Shown here: in pieces, positions 1 to 10,233 of the stretch | How the letters are laid out: each line of letters starts with the position of its first letter | How positions within the stretch are numbered: the stretch's first letter is position 1 | From: Acidobacteriota bacterium | GTDB lineage: Bacteria; Acidobacteriota; UBA6911 | Reading direction: 5' to 3' | Assembly: GCA_016934295.1 (NCBI GenBank) | Contig: JAFGTD010000082.1 | Span: 72-64,071, forward strand | Length of the DNA: 64,000 bases | The notes under the pieces: generated by a model | What the model was told of the DNA's origin: nothing | Databases searched by the model: none | What the model saw: only the letters and a program-made list of their open reading frames with translations | Position numbers and translations under genes: made by a program

Positions 1-102
1 GATAAAGAATCTATCCACCAGGTTCGAGACCATGGCCGCACGCCTCTCGTCATCCAAATGAAAATAATGTATACTGGCGGAAAAAACCGGATGGAGAACT
101 CC

Positions 103-729
103 ATGAGACGCTCAGCTGTTCTATTCAGCCTGGCGGTTTTAGCCCTCGTACAGAATGCCGGGGCGGAGGACAAAAACACCGACTTTACCGGAACCTGGAT
201 CCTCAACGTTGAGGAGAGCGATCTTTATCCAAAACCCGCCGGCATAATGAACATGGGGGGATCACCCGTTAGCGTCAGCAGGGGCGGCGGCATGGGCAGT
301 GGCGGATATTCCGTCAGCATTCCCATAAGAGGCATGCGGTCCCAGCAACAGGACCCGAACGCCCCTTTAGTCATCGAACAAACAGGAAACGAGTTAAAGA
401 TCATCACCAGGATGAACATTAACGTTCAGCAGACGCTGATGGTCGACCATTATATTCTCGACGGGGAAAAACGGGAGAAAACGGTCCAGATACCCGATGC
501 CCCTGAGGAAGTCAAGCAGACGATTAAAGCAAGCATGAAGAAAAGGAAGATTACGCTCGAGATAAAAACCCCTTATCCTCAGGGCGAAAGCACCCTGATA
601 TATGAGTTCTCTCTTTCAAAAGACGGCGGGACGCTGAAACTGGAGATATCGAACAGAACATTGGTATTAGGCGGAAGCAGTACTCCTACGATTTGGACTG
701 TCCAGAAACAGGTCTATAACAAGCAATAG
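103..729 (+). CDS. Secreted hypothetical protein (signal peptide, beta-rich, Gly-rich insert)
   Basis: ORF 58..729; GGAG RBS before ATG at 103; N-terminus MRRSAVLFSLAVLALVQNAGA resembles a signal peptide; begins FTGTWILNVEES, a lipocalin-like strand pattern. Confidence 0.6.
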   Translation: MRRSAVLFSLAVLALVQNAGAEDKNTDFTGTWILNVEESDLYPKPAGIMNMGGSPVSVSRGGGMGSGGYSVSIPIRGMRSQQQDPNAPLVIEQTGNELKIITRMNINVQQTLMVDHYILDGEKREKTVQIPDAPEEVKQTIKASMKKRKITLEIKTPYPQGESTLIYEFSLSKDGGTLKLEISNRTLVLGGSSTPTIWTVQKQVYNKQ

Positions 730-750
730 CGACGGACAGGAACGCCCGCA

Positions 751-1365
751 TTATCGAGTCACATTCTTCCGCAAAGGTATTCTGGGAATCCGGCAAAGGA
801 AATTGAAATACCACTCAAAAAGGCCCAGGGGGCTGGCATCCCCGCGAAAGTAGCTGTCGTATCGCATAACCAGATCCGGAGCCAGAATCATCACACACCG
901 GATCAGGAACGGAACAGACAGCCAGAGGGAGTTTGCATGGAAACCGGCAAAGGTAAATATCAACAGCATAAAACCTATCAGGAAAAACAGATACAGTTCG
1001 ATGACGATGGAGATAAAAGAGGCATTCCTCGATGGAACACCGAATTTTTCTTCAATGAAAGATTTGAGCCGGGAGGGCAGAAAACCGATGATCCACTTAA
1101 ATAGACTCAACAGCGGGCCGTAGCGGTTTTCAATCTTTCTCTTATCATCCAACTCCTTGCAGGTTCTTACGTACTCTTCATCATATCGAATCCAGTATCG
1201 GGTGACCCCCTCTATTACTAATCCAAGGTCAGAACCTGCAATTGGCGCAAGCCGGTTGAAAAAGCAAACGTGCTCAAATTCCTCGATTTTCCCTTCCTGA
1301 CCTGCAGTAAAATGCTTCTGAAAATCAACCTGAATTCCTGAAAGTTTACATAAAAGGTCCTTCAA
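751..1365 (-). CDS. Hypothetical membrane protein, possibly a 5'-truncated remnant
   Basis: 204-aa ORF with hydrophobic C-terminal segments; TTG start with an in-frame TGA four codons upstream and no clear RBS. Confidence 0.4.
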   Translation of the reverse strand: MKDLLCKLSGIQVDFQKHFTAGQEGKIEEFEHVCFFNRLAPIAGSDLGLVIEGVTRYWIRYDEEYVRTCKELDDKRKIENRYGPLLSLFKWIIGFLPSRLKSFIEEKFGVPSRNASFISIVIELYLFFLIGFMLLIFTFAGFHANSLWLSVPFLIRCVMILAPDLVMRYDSYFRGDASPLGLFEWYFNFLCRIPRIPLRKNVTR

Positions 1366-1653
1366 GAAAATCTTTCAGAAACCGCACAAAGAATATTGAA
1401 CTTTAAAAAACGGCATTGTGCATTGCGCGGCTTCTGAAAGATCCCTTTTCCTTATCTGAAGCAGGAATGAGTGTCTTGATAGGAGGCATTCTTTTTAAAA
1501 CAGGCCTTTATTCATCCTATCGACATTATGGAGATAGTCGATAGGCGGAATAAGCCGCAATTTTTCTAGTCGACTCTCCTATCAAGTCCTGTCTCAGCTT
1601 CCGATCAGGCTCTCCTGCGTGCCACATTGCTTCCAGCTTGATGCAGTCTTTCC

Positions 1654-1844
1654 GTAAGCGTCAATTCTTTCACACAGGCGAACAACTGCAGGCTTAAATT
1701 CCAGGGCAGGAATTGATCCAGAGTCTCATCATCCCTGGATTCCAGGTTGGGCAATTTTTCAAATAGATGATTCAGGTAATCAAAAGGAGCAAGTTTGTTC
1801 TCTTTGGCTGTTTCGACCAAACTGTAGATAACGGCGCTGGCTCG
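1654..1844 (-). mobile_element. IS66-family remnant: transposase C-terminus and right terminal IR
   Basis: Translation RASAVIYSLVETAKENKLAPFDYLNHLFEKLPN...LDQFLPWN matches the IS66 TnpC C-terminal pattern; GTAAGCGTC at 1654 matches the IS66 terminal IR. Confidence 0.85.
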
Positions 1845-2072
1845 GATGGATAGTCGGAATAAGCTGCCATCTGTTGCGGGTTCCGGCCGTCCAGGCTCCT
1901 TGCAACTTCTGATAATTCGGCGTATGTAAACTTCGGGCTTTGAATTTGCCCAAAAATCGAATTCGAGGGTATTCTATGCCGGAATCGGGGGTTTAGAAAG
2001 GGATTTAGGGCATGCCTATAGTGCAGCGGGAACCTCAAGGATCCCCGTAATTCTGTTTCGGAAGTGCTGCAT

Positions 2073-2156
2073 TCGCGGCGATATTCCATTCTCAAGCCTG
2101 AAATGGCGACAAATCCAAAATGCTATTATATCGGTCTTGATCTGGAGGTGGTTTAA
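2073..2156 (+). pseudogene. 3' tail of an NrfC/DsrO-like 4Fe-4S protein gene
   Basis: Frame reads ...ILKPEMATNPKCYYIGLDLEVV*, typical of the NrfC-like C-terminus; its TAA overlaps the nrfD ATG (TAATG). Confidence 0.55.
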
Positions 2157-3316
2157 TGGGAGATTTTGTCTTCCCCAATGAGATGCATGTTCTCTGGACG
2201 GTGATGATCGTAATGTATCCTTATATTACGGGCTGCGTAGCGGGCGCTTTTATCGTTTCATCCCTGTACCATGTATTCGGTTTGAAACAATTGGAGCCTA
2301 TTTCACGGTTCTCACTGGTCTCGTCATTTGCTTTCCTCCTTTTTGCAACGTTACCGCTACTCGTTCACCTGGGAAGACCGGAGCGTGCATCCAATATTAT
2401 GATCACTCCTCATTTCACTTCCGCCATGAGCGGCTTCGGATTTGTCTATTTGACATACACCATGATCGTCATTCTGGAGGTCTGGTTCCACTACAGGGGG
2501 GAGTCTGTCGACCGATATAATTCCCCGGCCGTTAAATGGAAGGCTGTGTATTATGTTTGTCTTCTCGGATGTACAACGCGCAATGAAGAGACGGACCGCA
2601 TCGATCATAAGATAGTTAAAATACTTGCAGGGATCGGGATCCCCGTCGCCTGTATCCTTCATGGGTATGTCGGATTCCTTTTTGGTTCGATCAAAGCCAA
2701 TGCCTTCTGGTCCACCCCGCTGATGTTCATAATATTTATATTTTCCGCCATTGTATCCGGTATCGCCGTACTGACCTTTCTCTACCTTTTCGTGAACTTT
2801 CTAAAAAGGCAGAAAATAGACCAGAACGCCCTCAACACGATGGTCCGTTTTCTCTGGGGCTTCATGATTATCGCTGTTGTGCTGGAGCTTATGGAACTGC
2901 TTTCCGTGGCTTATGAGCAGACGGAAAAATGGGCAATCTTTAAATTCCTTATAACGGGACCCTTATGGTATACCTTCGTGGTCGGACAGCTTCTGATCTG
3001 TTCGCTGGGATCGTTTCTACTTCTGGCAATTACAGTTCTGTTCAAATTGCCGCAGAAACTTTCGAACCTTATTGTCTTTCTGACTTCAGGCCTTCTCTTA
3101 ATACAAGTGCTGTTGATGCGCTGGAATGTTGTTATCGGCGGACAGCTTATATCGAAAAGTCTTCGCGGAGTCACCAGTTTTATGCCGGGATTTTTGGAAA
3201 AAGAGGGGATCCTGGTTGCAGCTATAATTTTCATCATGCCTTTTCTCATATTGCGCCTGTACGACAGGCTTTTTCCTTTTTTCCCGGCTTCGAAGCAAAA
3301 TACATCTCGACAATGA
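2156..3316 (+). CDS. nrfD: NrfD/PsrC polysulfide-reductase family membrane subunit
   Basis: W...IVMYPYITG, LLVHLGRPER, TSAMSGFG, LHGYVGFLF, LLMRWNVVIGGQ motifs; multiple TM helices. Confidence 0.9.
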   Translation: MGDFVFPNEMHVLWTVMIVMYPYITGCVAGAFIVSSLYHVFGLKQLEPISRFSLVSSFAFLLFATLPLLVHLGRPERASNIMITPHFTSAMSGFGFVYLTYTMIVILEVWFHYRGESVDRYNSPAVKWKAVYYVCLLGCTTRNEETDRIDHKIVKILAGIGIPVACILHGYVGFLFGSIKANAFWSTPLMFIIFIFSAIVSGIAVLTFLYLFVNFLKRQKIDQNALNTMVRFLWGFMIIAVVLELMELLSVAYEQTEKWAIFKFLITGPLWYTFVVGQLLICSLGSFLLLAITVLFKLPQKLSNLIVFLTSGLLLIQVLLMRWNVVIGGQLISKSLRGVTSFMPGFLEKEGILVAAIIFIMPFLILRLYDRLFPFFPASKQNTSRQ

Positions 3317-3328
3317 AGAAACCTTTCC

Positions 3329-3712
3329 ATGTATAAAAACACTCAAATAACTACCCTGCTTTTAGTGGTTTTATTTTCAGTTACCTGCCTGTGGGCGGTT
3401 GACAAGCCCACGGAACGCACCGAAGATTGCACTACCAGTGAATGTCATAATTCCTACCGCCGACAAAGTCATGTTCATAAACCCGTATCACTCGGCGTGT
3501 GTAAATTTTGTCACAAATCGGTTGATCCGAAGGAACACACGTTTGAACTGTTTCGCACCGGGAGGGAACTCTGCGGCAGCTGTCACCAGGAACAGACAGT
3601 AGGTTTGACAACGATCCCATCCATGGCACAGTTGAGACCGAAGGCTCAGGTAGGCGAAGGGAAATATCTTCATGAACCGTTTCCGGAGGCTGCCTCAGCC
3701 GACCGATTCTGA
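3329..3712 (+). pseudogene. Truncated periplasmic multiheme c-type cytochrome
   Basis: Signal peptide; heme motifs CTTSECH, CKFCH, CGSCH; reading breaks off after YLHEPF where the next heme repeat is expected. Confidence 0.75.
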
Positions 3713-3790
3713 AGTGAAGAATGTGACGGCAAGTATCGTAAAGAAGATTCGGAGGCTGCTCGAGCGCCGCGGGTTGGGGCCGCAAGCCGG
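3678..3790 (+). mobile_element. IS91-like (Y2) transposase fragment
   Basis: Alternative frame RFRRLPQPTDSEVKNVTASIVKKIRRLLERRGLG resembles an internal segment of IS91-type transposases; starts where the cytochrome breaks. Confidence 0.5.
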
Positions 3791-3843
3791 TTTTATAGAG
3801 CGGCATTTCTAAAAAGGGGCTTTTATTCCACTCAACTACAGCC

Positions 3844-4341
3844 TCATATTATTTCTCCGCTCCAAAGTTGGTCGCAAAAATGTTTCCACGGCAGGATATG
3901 AACCCCTGAATCGAGTTTTTTTGGAATGGGATCTCCGGATACGATAATTTTTTTCTTTATTTTATTTTCTTCCTGAAAAAGGTGAAGCCCTTTTGTACGA
4001 ATATTTTCTGCATTTTCAGATGACTTGATTTCAATGGCAATCTCTGCGTCACCCAAAATTATATCTACTTCAGCTCCGCTGGCGGTTCGCCAGAATGAGA
4101 TGGGAAAGTCCTTCCTGCCATAGTGCCGATAAGCCCAGCACTCCTGAAGAATAAAATGTTCAAAAAATCTTCCGTATTCATGCGTCCCGGGAATGATTGA
4201 TGTATAGCCAAGCAAAGACGATACTATTCCTACATCGAAGAAGAAAAACTTCGCTGTCTCGATCAATCTTCTTTTTTTTATCTTTTTCCACGGCGGTAGC
4301 TGCCTGCCGATGAGCGTGTCTTCCAATATCTGGTAATATTC
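3844..4341 (-). pseudogene. C-terminal half of an AAA+ ATPase/DUF4143 protein
   Basis: EYYQILEDTLIG...KFFFFDVGI...FFEHF...FWRTASGAEVDIIL...IEIKS pattern; N-terminal Walker motifs absent. Confidence 0.8.
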
Positions 4342-4392
4342 ACGGCTGAGCCTTCCAGGGTCGCACGGCCGGAGGCCGTGGGTTTAGTTGGC
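4341..4392 (-). mobile_element. IS200/IS605-like element end (subterminal hairpin)
   Basis: Minus strand GCCAACTAAACCCACGGCCTCCGGCCGTG: hairpin CACGGCC-TCC-GGCCGTG after a G-C-C-AACTA terminus; abuts the ATPase breakpoint. Confidence 0.5.
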
Positions 4393-4470
4393 TCTAACAG
4401 CATCAACCGATGTCACTCTTCTGCAATCGTGTCCTGCTTGAGGCAAGAATTCCAGTACGGTGCCTCCGGA

Positions 4471-4851
4471 TTATCCGCCGGAGCGTTTGACACGGTATCC
4501 CAGTTTGGTCAGCTCTGAAAACAGCAGGTCTCGATGTTCTCCCTGGATTTCAATGGTCTCGTCTTTTACAGTGCCGCCGGCACCGCAGCGTTGCTTGAGT
4601 ATCATCGCAAGCCTTTTTAATGCATCCCCCGCCAACGGAACACCCGTGATAACGGTAACGCCCTTCCCCTTACGCCCTTTGGTGCTGCGGGATATGCGGA
4701 CAATTCCGTCCCCTTTCGGCGGGGACGTTTCCCTGCGACAGGTGCAGCGATCGACGGGATTCGAGCAGTCCGGACAGATGCGTCCTTCAGAGGTCGAATA
4801 GACCAGGCTGTATTCCGGCTGCCTTGAAGCTTTCCCCTTTTTATTTTTCAT
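4471..4851 (-). CDS. yciH: SUI1/YciH-family translation initiation factor
   Basis: LVYST, TKGRKGKGVTVITG, LKQRCGAGGTVKDETIEIQGEHR. Confidence 0.9.
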   Translation of the reverse strand: MKNKKGKASRQPEYSLVYSTSEGRICPDCSNPVDRCTCRRETSPPKGDGIVRISRSTKGRKGKGVTVITGVPLAGDALKRLAMILKQRCGAGGTVKDETIEIQGEHRDLLFSELTKLGYRVKRSGG

Positions 4852-5710
4852 CCTTCTTCTCGAGCCGGTTTTTATAGCGCTGTGAATTGAGGGATACATC
4901 CCCGATACGGGGAGGGCCATTCACCTCCTGGTGCCGCAGAATGCCGTTGAGAAGGGCAGGATTGTAGTCGCCGCGTTGTATCACATAGGCGCCGATATCG
5001 TGGAGGCTCCATGAACGTTGCCCGCCGAAGTGATAGAGTCCGGTCCACTGTCCTGTCAGAACATTCATGGCCATATCGGCTATGGCGTCACAGGAAACGC
5101 AACTGCGATATTCGTCATGGAAAAGCGTCACAGGCAACTGACGCATGAAGCGGCTTTCGATCCAGTCGATAGCCCCCTTGTCACCGGTGACCGAATCCCC
5201 CAGGGGCAGGCCCAAACGGACAATGCAGTGGCGTTCGCCGGTATCCAGATATGTTTCCGCCTCGGCGAAGGTCTTGCCGGCCACGCTGACGGGATCGGCT
5301 TCATGGCATTCGGCGTATCCCCCGTCAGGCGGATCTTCCCCCGAGAAAACCAGGTCCGTGCTCATATAGGTAATGGGCAGATCTCCAAAAACTTCGCCGA
5401 CAACACGCGTGCCATCGACATTAATGGCATAAGCCCAGTCCGGCCTGTCTTCGCAGACATCCAGATCGCACACTCCGGCGCAATGCACCACATGCGTCGG
5501 ATTGAAACGTCTGCGAATTCGGGAAAGCCGGTCCTTATCGGTAATACAGGCAGCGCTTACGCACGGACCCGCGGGCAGATCTGTTTTGGGCGGACGAATG
5601 CCGAAAAGACGCGAAGGCTGCAGGTGCCGCGCCAGACGCTTGTAAATAGGCCAGCCATGAATGGAGGTAATGCCCGTGACGAGGATTTTCCATTGTTCGG
5701 GTATTTGCAT
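4841..5710 (-). CDS. RmlD-like SDR/sugar-nucleotide reductase
   Basis: ILVTGITSIHG, VVHCAGVCDLDVCE, YMSTDLVFSG, LFHDEYRS motifs of the dTDP-4-dehydrorhamnose reductase family. Confidence 0.75.
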   Translation of the reverse strand: MQIPEQWKILVTGITSIHGWPIYKRLARHLQPSRLFGIRPPKTDLPAGPCVSAACITDKDRLSRIRRRFNPTHVVHCAGVCDLDVCEDRPDWAYAINVDGTRVVGEVFGDLPITYMSTDLVFSGEDPPDGGYAECHEADPVSVAGKTFAEAETYLDTGERHCIVRLGLPLGDSVTGDKGAIDWIESRFMRQLPVTLFHDEYRSCVSCDAIADMAMNVLTGQWTGLYHFGGQRSWSLHDIGAYVIQRGDYNPALLNGILRHQEVNGPPRIGDVSLNSQRYKNRLEKKDEK

Positions 5711-5787
5711 ATCAGAAATATCAGGACCTATCCCGGGGTTCGCCTTAACCCGCATTTCTCACAAGGTTTCGTAGTGAGAAATGCGGG

Positions 5788-7107
5788 TTAAAGGAATATG
5801 TAACGAACCACGAACAATCCTGCGAATAAGTATACCAGCGCGTGGACTTCGCGCCCCCTCCCGGTTACGATTTTCAGAAGCGAGTAGGATATGAACCCGA
5901 AGGCGATGCCTTCCGTTATGCTGAATGCAAAAGGCATTACAGTCATCGTCAAAAACGCGGGGATGGCCTCTGTCGTATCTCCCCACGGTATCCTGCTGAC
6001 GTTGCGCAGCATCATACTTCCTACAACTATGAGAACGGGAGCCACGACCGGATAGATCTGCGATCCGTCGGCCATGGCAACGCCTTCACCGATCATCTGC
6101 GCCAGGGGATAGAAAAACAGAGACAGCAGCATCAGTGCGCCCGTAACCATGTTGGACAAACCGGTCCGGCCCCCTTCGGCGACCCCGGCTGCGCTTTCGA
6201 CATATGCCGTGATCGTGGAAGTGCCGAAAACCGATCCTGAAACCGAACCGAACGCATCCGCCGCCAGCGCCTGTTTGGCCCGCGGAAGTTTCCCCTTTAC
6301 AAGAAAACCGGCCTGATCGCTGACACCGATCAGTGTGCCCACGGAATCGAACAACGCAAGAAAGAAGAATACGAATATGACGCTGACCAATCCGAGGTCA
6401 AAGGCCCCGGCGATGTCGAGTTTGAAGAATGTCGGCTCCAGCGAAGGAATTCTTCCCACGATCCCGTGATACTTGACGACTCCAAGGGGCAGGCCGGCCA
6501 CGGCCGTCGCCAGAATGCCCCAGAGAAGAGCGCCGCGGATGCGGGCGGCGACCAGAATAATCGTGAACACAAGGCCGGAGATGGATAGCAGGACCGGTCT
6601 GGCATGCAACGATCCGAGGCTGATCAGCGTTCCGGAGGAGGCGACTACGATTCCCGACCATTGGAATCCTATCATCGCCACAAACAGGCCTATGCCTACG
6701 GCTATGGCCTGTTTGAGAGATTCGGGGATGCTGTCAATCAGCTTTTCCCTGAAACCGAAGAAGGCAAGAAACAGGAACAACACACCTGAAATAAAAACGG
6801 CGCCCAGTGCCTTTTCCCAGGAAACACCCATTCCAAGAACAACCGTGTATGCAAAAAAGAAGTTCTGCCCCATGCCCGGCGCCAGTGCGATCGGGTAATT
6901 CGCATACAGGCCCATGATAATGGTGGCGATGGCGCCTGCAACACAGGTGGCCACCAAAACCGCACCGAAATCCATGCCGCATGAAGACAGCACCGTCGGC
7001 TGAACGAAGATAATGTAGGACAACGTCATGAAAGTCGTAATCCCCGCTACCGCCTCTGTTTTCAGGTTTGTATTGTTTTCGCGCAGTCTGAAAATTTTCT
7101 GCAGCAT
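5788..7107 (-). CDS. NCS2/AzgA-family nucleobase permease
   Basis: TTFMTLSYIIFVQP, LAPGMGQNFFF, FDSVGTL, AYVESAAGVAEGGRTG. Confidence 0.92.
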   Translation of the reverse strand: MLQKIFRLRENNTNLKTEAVAGITTFMTLSYIIFVQPTVLSSCGMDFGAVLVATCVAGAIATIIMGLYANYPIALAPGMGQNFFFAYTVVLGMGVSWEKALGAVFISGVLFLFLAFFGFREKLIDSIPESLKQAIAVGIGLFVAMIGFQWSGIVVASSGTLISLGSLHARPVLLSISGLVFTIILVAARIRGALLWGILATAVAGLPLGVVKYHGIVGRIPSLEPTFFKLDIAGAFDLGLVSVIFVFFFLALFDSVGTLIGVSDQAGFLVKGKLPRAKQALAADAFGSVSGSVFGTSTITAYVESAAGVAEGGRTGLSNMVTGALMLLSLFFYPLAQMIGEGVAMADGSQIYPVVAPVLIVVGSMMLRNVSRIPWGDTTEAIPAFLTMTVMPFAFSITEGIAFGFISYSLLKIVTGRGREVHALVYLFAGLFVVRYIFL

Positions 7108-7175
7108 GGCTGTCTTTTCAATCCCAAAGAGATGAACGTGCCGCACCCGGCATTCCGGGAACAGGTATCAGCGCA

Positions 7176-7592
7176 TCAAATCCGATCGACCGCTCGGCGA
7201 AGCTTTTCATTGACCTGGCCGGCCGCTTCTTCCAGAGCCGGATTCCCCACAATGGAAAGCATTTTCTTCGCATCGATCGCGGCCACGACCGTCCGCCCAT
7301 CCTTTTCGTATACAACCACATTGCAGGGGAGCAGCAGGCCGAGATTCGGCTCCGCCTGCAGGCTCTGGTATGCGATGGGGGGATTGCAGGCGCCAAGAAT
7401 GACGTAATTCCCGAAATCGACGCCCAGTTTCTCCTTCATTTTCTCATGGACATCGATCCGGGAGAGGACTCCGAATCCTTCCTCCTTCAAAGTTTCAATA
7501 ATCCGCTCAATGGCCTGCTGAAAAGGCAAATCGACCGAACGTCCATATCCATATTCGATCCGCACGCCCGGTTCTGACTTATCCGATATCAT
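7176..7592 (-). CDS. DUF302 domain protein
   Basis: [32 protein letters not shown]. Confidence 0.9.
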   Translation of the reverse strand: MISDKSEPGVRIEYGYGRSVDLPFQQAIERIIETLKEEGFGVLSRIDVHEKMKEKLGVDFGNYVILGACNPPIAYQSLQAEPNLGLLLPCNVVVYEKDGRTVVAAIDAKKMLSIVGNPALEEAAGQVNEKLRRAVDRI

Positions 7593-7691
7593 AGGATTTC
7601 TCCTGTTTATTAAACAGACGGCAGAGTTCCTGCCCGGCACCCTTTCGGGATTGAATCCGTGTACTCATGACCGTCCGCCCGACGATTTCGA

Positions 7692-8102
7692 TCATTCCTC
7701 TTTGAGAGTCACTTCAAAAACAGCATTGCATCCATCGGACGTATTCATAAGGACGGCATCGGACAGCGTCCCGCTGGTAATTTTGAAACTGAACTTCTTG
7801 TCGGCTTTATCCGGCAAACCGGCCACACGCGCCCGGCCGTCGCTGTTTGTGCCGACCTGAAGCGACATCTTGCGCAGTCCTAGAAATCCATAGCGAATAT
7901 AAACATCGATCTTCGCGTCATAGAGAGGATTCCTATCCTCGTCCGTTACGGTAAAATCGGCCGTACATCGGCCCAAATGACCGTCAACCACCGGCACAAC
8001 CTGTTCCTGCGCATTAAGTCCCACTCCCGAAAGCGTCGCGAGCAGAACCGGAGTTGCAGCCATCAGCATACAAAACCTTCTAATCAAATTTCTTTTCATC
8101 AT
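7692..8102 (-). CDS. Secreted hypothetical protein (carboxypeptidase-regulatory-like fold)
   Basis: Signal peptide; ADFTVTD...LYDAKIDV...GTNSDGRARVAGLP. Confidence 0.6.
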   Translation of the reverse strand: MMKRNLIRRFCMLMAATPVLLATLSGVGLNAQEQVVPVVDGHLGRCTADFTVTDEDRNPLYDAKIDVYIRYGFLGLRKMSLQVGTNSDGRARVAGLPDKADKKFSFKITSGTLSDAVLMNTSDGCNAVFEVTLKEE

Positions 8103-8170
8103 TTTCGTTGCCTCTTTTTTAATCATTTACCCGAACCCCGGCATTGAATGCAATAACTTTACATCAACTT

Positions 8171-8479
8171 TTATTGAACCGTAGTGCCGCTTGAGGGCGT
8201 GCCGCTTCCGGACTGCTTGTTCCGTTGCGCCTGGAGCGCCTGTATCAGCCCGTCGACAATCTGGGTGGGAATGGCAATGACGGCTTTTACCGGAGCCGGC
8301 AATGTGCCGGTTTTCTGCATCTTCAGCGCTTCCTCTTCGCTCTGCGGACCGATAACGTCGCAAAAAGTGAGCGTACAGTCGATAGGGGAAACGCTGACCT
8401 GAACGTAGTTGGCATATATCCTGGAAGAACTCTGAGTGTGATCCGCAATTATCTGTACGGGGCGTTCCGATTTCTCCAT
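8171..8479 (-). CDS. DUF3467-like protein
   Basis: IYANYVQVSVSPIDCTLTFC...AVIAIPTQIVDGLIQAL pattern; GGAG RBS. Confidence 0.65.
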   Translation of the reverse strand: MEKSERPVQIIADHTQSSSRIYANYVQVSVSPIDCTLTFCDVIGPQSEEEALKMQKTGTLPAPVKAVIAIPTQIVDGLIQALQAQRNKQSGSGTPSSGTTVQ

Positions 8480-8568
8480 TGTATCCTCTCCTTAAATGAA
8501 TCCGCAGTTGCAGCAGGACGCCGATTGCGGATCGACCAAAACAGCGGTTAAACTATGCATTCAGTTCC

Positions 8569-8913
8569 CTATCCGGGAGGCCAGCCGAGCCTTCTGCCTC
8601 CTAAAATATGGATGTGCAGATGGAAAACACTCTGCCCTGCTTCCGCGTTCGTGTTAATTACGGTTCGGAAACCGGAGCCGTCGATTCCCTGAGCCTTTGC
8701 CGTGCGTCCCACGACCGCCAGCATGTGTCCTAGAAGCTCCCGGTCATCCTCCAGATTTTCATTCAGAGAAGTAATATGTTTCCGGGGAACGACCAGCAGG
8801 TGGATCGGAGCCTGAGGATGAATGTCGCGAAACACCACGCAGAGCTCGTCTTCATAAAGAATGGCTGCAGGCTTTTCGTGCGCCGCAATCCCGCAGAAAA
8901 TACAGTCGAACAT
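8569..8913 (-). CDS. Histidine triad (HIT) nucleotide-binding protein
   Basis: CIFC, FRDIHPQAPIHLL, AGQSVFHLHIHILGGR...WPPG. Confidence 0.93.
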   Translation of the reverse strand: MFDCIFCGIAAHEKPAAILYEDELCVVFRDIHPQAPIHLLVVPRKHITSLNENLEDDRELLGHMLAVVGRTAKAQGIDGSGFRTVINTNAEAGQSVFHLHIHILGGRRLGWPPG

Positions 8914-8969
8914 GACCGCTGAATCCCTTTCCTTCACGCGAATATAATCGGCCGCCATATGCCGGGCAC

Positions 8970-10223
8970 CTATCGAACCCGTTCTATATTCGCCCCCAGC
9001 CGGGCCAGCTTCTCTTCTATACGATGGTAGCCGCGGTCCAGATGATACACCCGGTCGATCCATGTTTCTCCACTGGCAATCAGAGCGGCGAGAATCAGGG
9101 AAGCACTGGCGCGCAGGTCGGACGCCAGGACCCGGGCGCCGCTCAAGGGACTGTTCCCCTTGACCAATGCCTGCCTTCCTTCCACGGCAATGTCCGCACC
9201 CATACGAATCAGTTCCAGGGCGTGCATAAACCGGTTTTCAAATATCGTTTCCGTAATTATGGAGTCCCCGTCCCCCTGCGTCATCAAGGCCATGTACTGC
9301 GCCTGCATATCGGTCGGAAATGCCGGATACGGGTACGTTGTGACGTTCTTCGATAAAATCGGCCCGTCGCACTGTACACGAAAACGGTTCGTGCCTGATT
9401 CTATATCCGCTCCCGTCCGGCTCAACTGCTCCAGTACGGAAGATAGGTGCTTCGGGTTGCAGTTTTCAACCTCGACATCCCCGCGTGTGATTGCTGCGGC
9501 TATGGCGAATGTCCCGGCTTCAATGCGGTCCGGAATTATATGGTGGCGGCATCCGTGAAGCTCTTCGACTCCCCGGACCCGAATGGTTCGACCGCCGTCT
9601 CCCTCAATCCGCGCGCCCATACTCCGAAGCATATCCGCCAGATCACTCACTTCCGGTTCACAGGCTGCATTCTCAAGAACCGTTTCACCCTCGGCCAGCG
9701 TCGCCGCCATCATCATGTTTTCGGTGCCCGTAACCGTAATCGTATCCATCACGATATGGGCGCCTTGGAGTTTTTCGACAGACGCTTCCACATAACCGTG
9801 CAGGATCCTGCACTTCGCTCCCATCTTCTCCAAACCCATAAGATGCAGATTCACCGGACGCGCCCCGATGGCACAGCCTCCCGGCAGGGATACGCGCGCA
9901 TGGCAGAACCTTCCCAGGAGAGGCCCCAGAACCAGGATCGAAGCCCGCATGGTTTTAACAAGCTCATACGGCGCCTCCTGGGAGCGAATGTTGGAAGATT
10001 GCAGGACTGCGGATCCGTCTTCGGTAACTTCGACCTCTGATCCCATATCCTCTAAGAGATTCCGCATGGTCAGAATATCCCGGACATAAGGAACATTCTC
10101 CAGTTCTATGCGATCCCGGGTCAGCAGCGAGGCCGCCATAGCCGGCAACGCGGCATTCTTCGCACCGCTGATTTTCACGCTCCCGGATAAAGGCCGCCCT
10201 CCAATCACCCGAATTTTATCCAT
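8970..10223 (-). CDS. murA: UDP-N-acetylglucosamine 1-carboxyvinyltransferase
   Basis: [45 protein letters not shown]. Confidence 0.98.
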   Translation of the reverse strand: MDKIRVIGGRPLSGSVKISGAKNAALPAMAASLLTRDRIELENVPYVRDILTMRNLLEDMGSEVEVTEDGSAVLQSSNIRSQEAPYELVKTMRASILVLGPLLGRFCHARVSLPGGCAIGARPVNLHLMGLEKMGAKCRILHGYVEASVEKLQGAHIVMDTITVTGTENMMMAATLAEGETVLENAACEPEVSDLADMLRSMGARIEGDGGRTIRVRGVEELHGCRHHIIPDRIEAGTFAIAAAITRGDVEVENCNPKHLSSVLEQLSRTGADIESGTNRFRVQCDGPILSKNVTTYPYPAFPTDMQAQYMALMTQGDGDSIITETIFENRFMHALELIRMGADIAVEGRQALVKGNSPLSGARVLASDLRASASLILAALIASGETWIDRVYHLDRGYHRIEEKLARLGANIERVR

Positions 10224-10233
10224 TACCCCTCCA

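Noticed and set aside
3710-3712. TGA ending the cytochrome ORF as possible selenocysteine or readthrough
   Set aside because: The downstream in-frame sequence has no heme motifs or cytochrome character; the break is better explained by the transposase fragment in another frame
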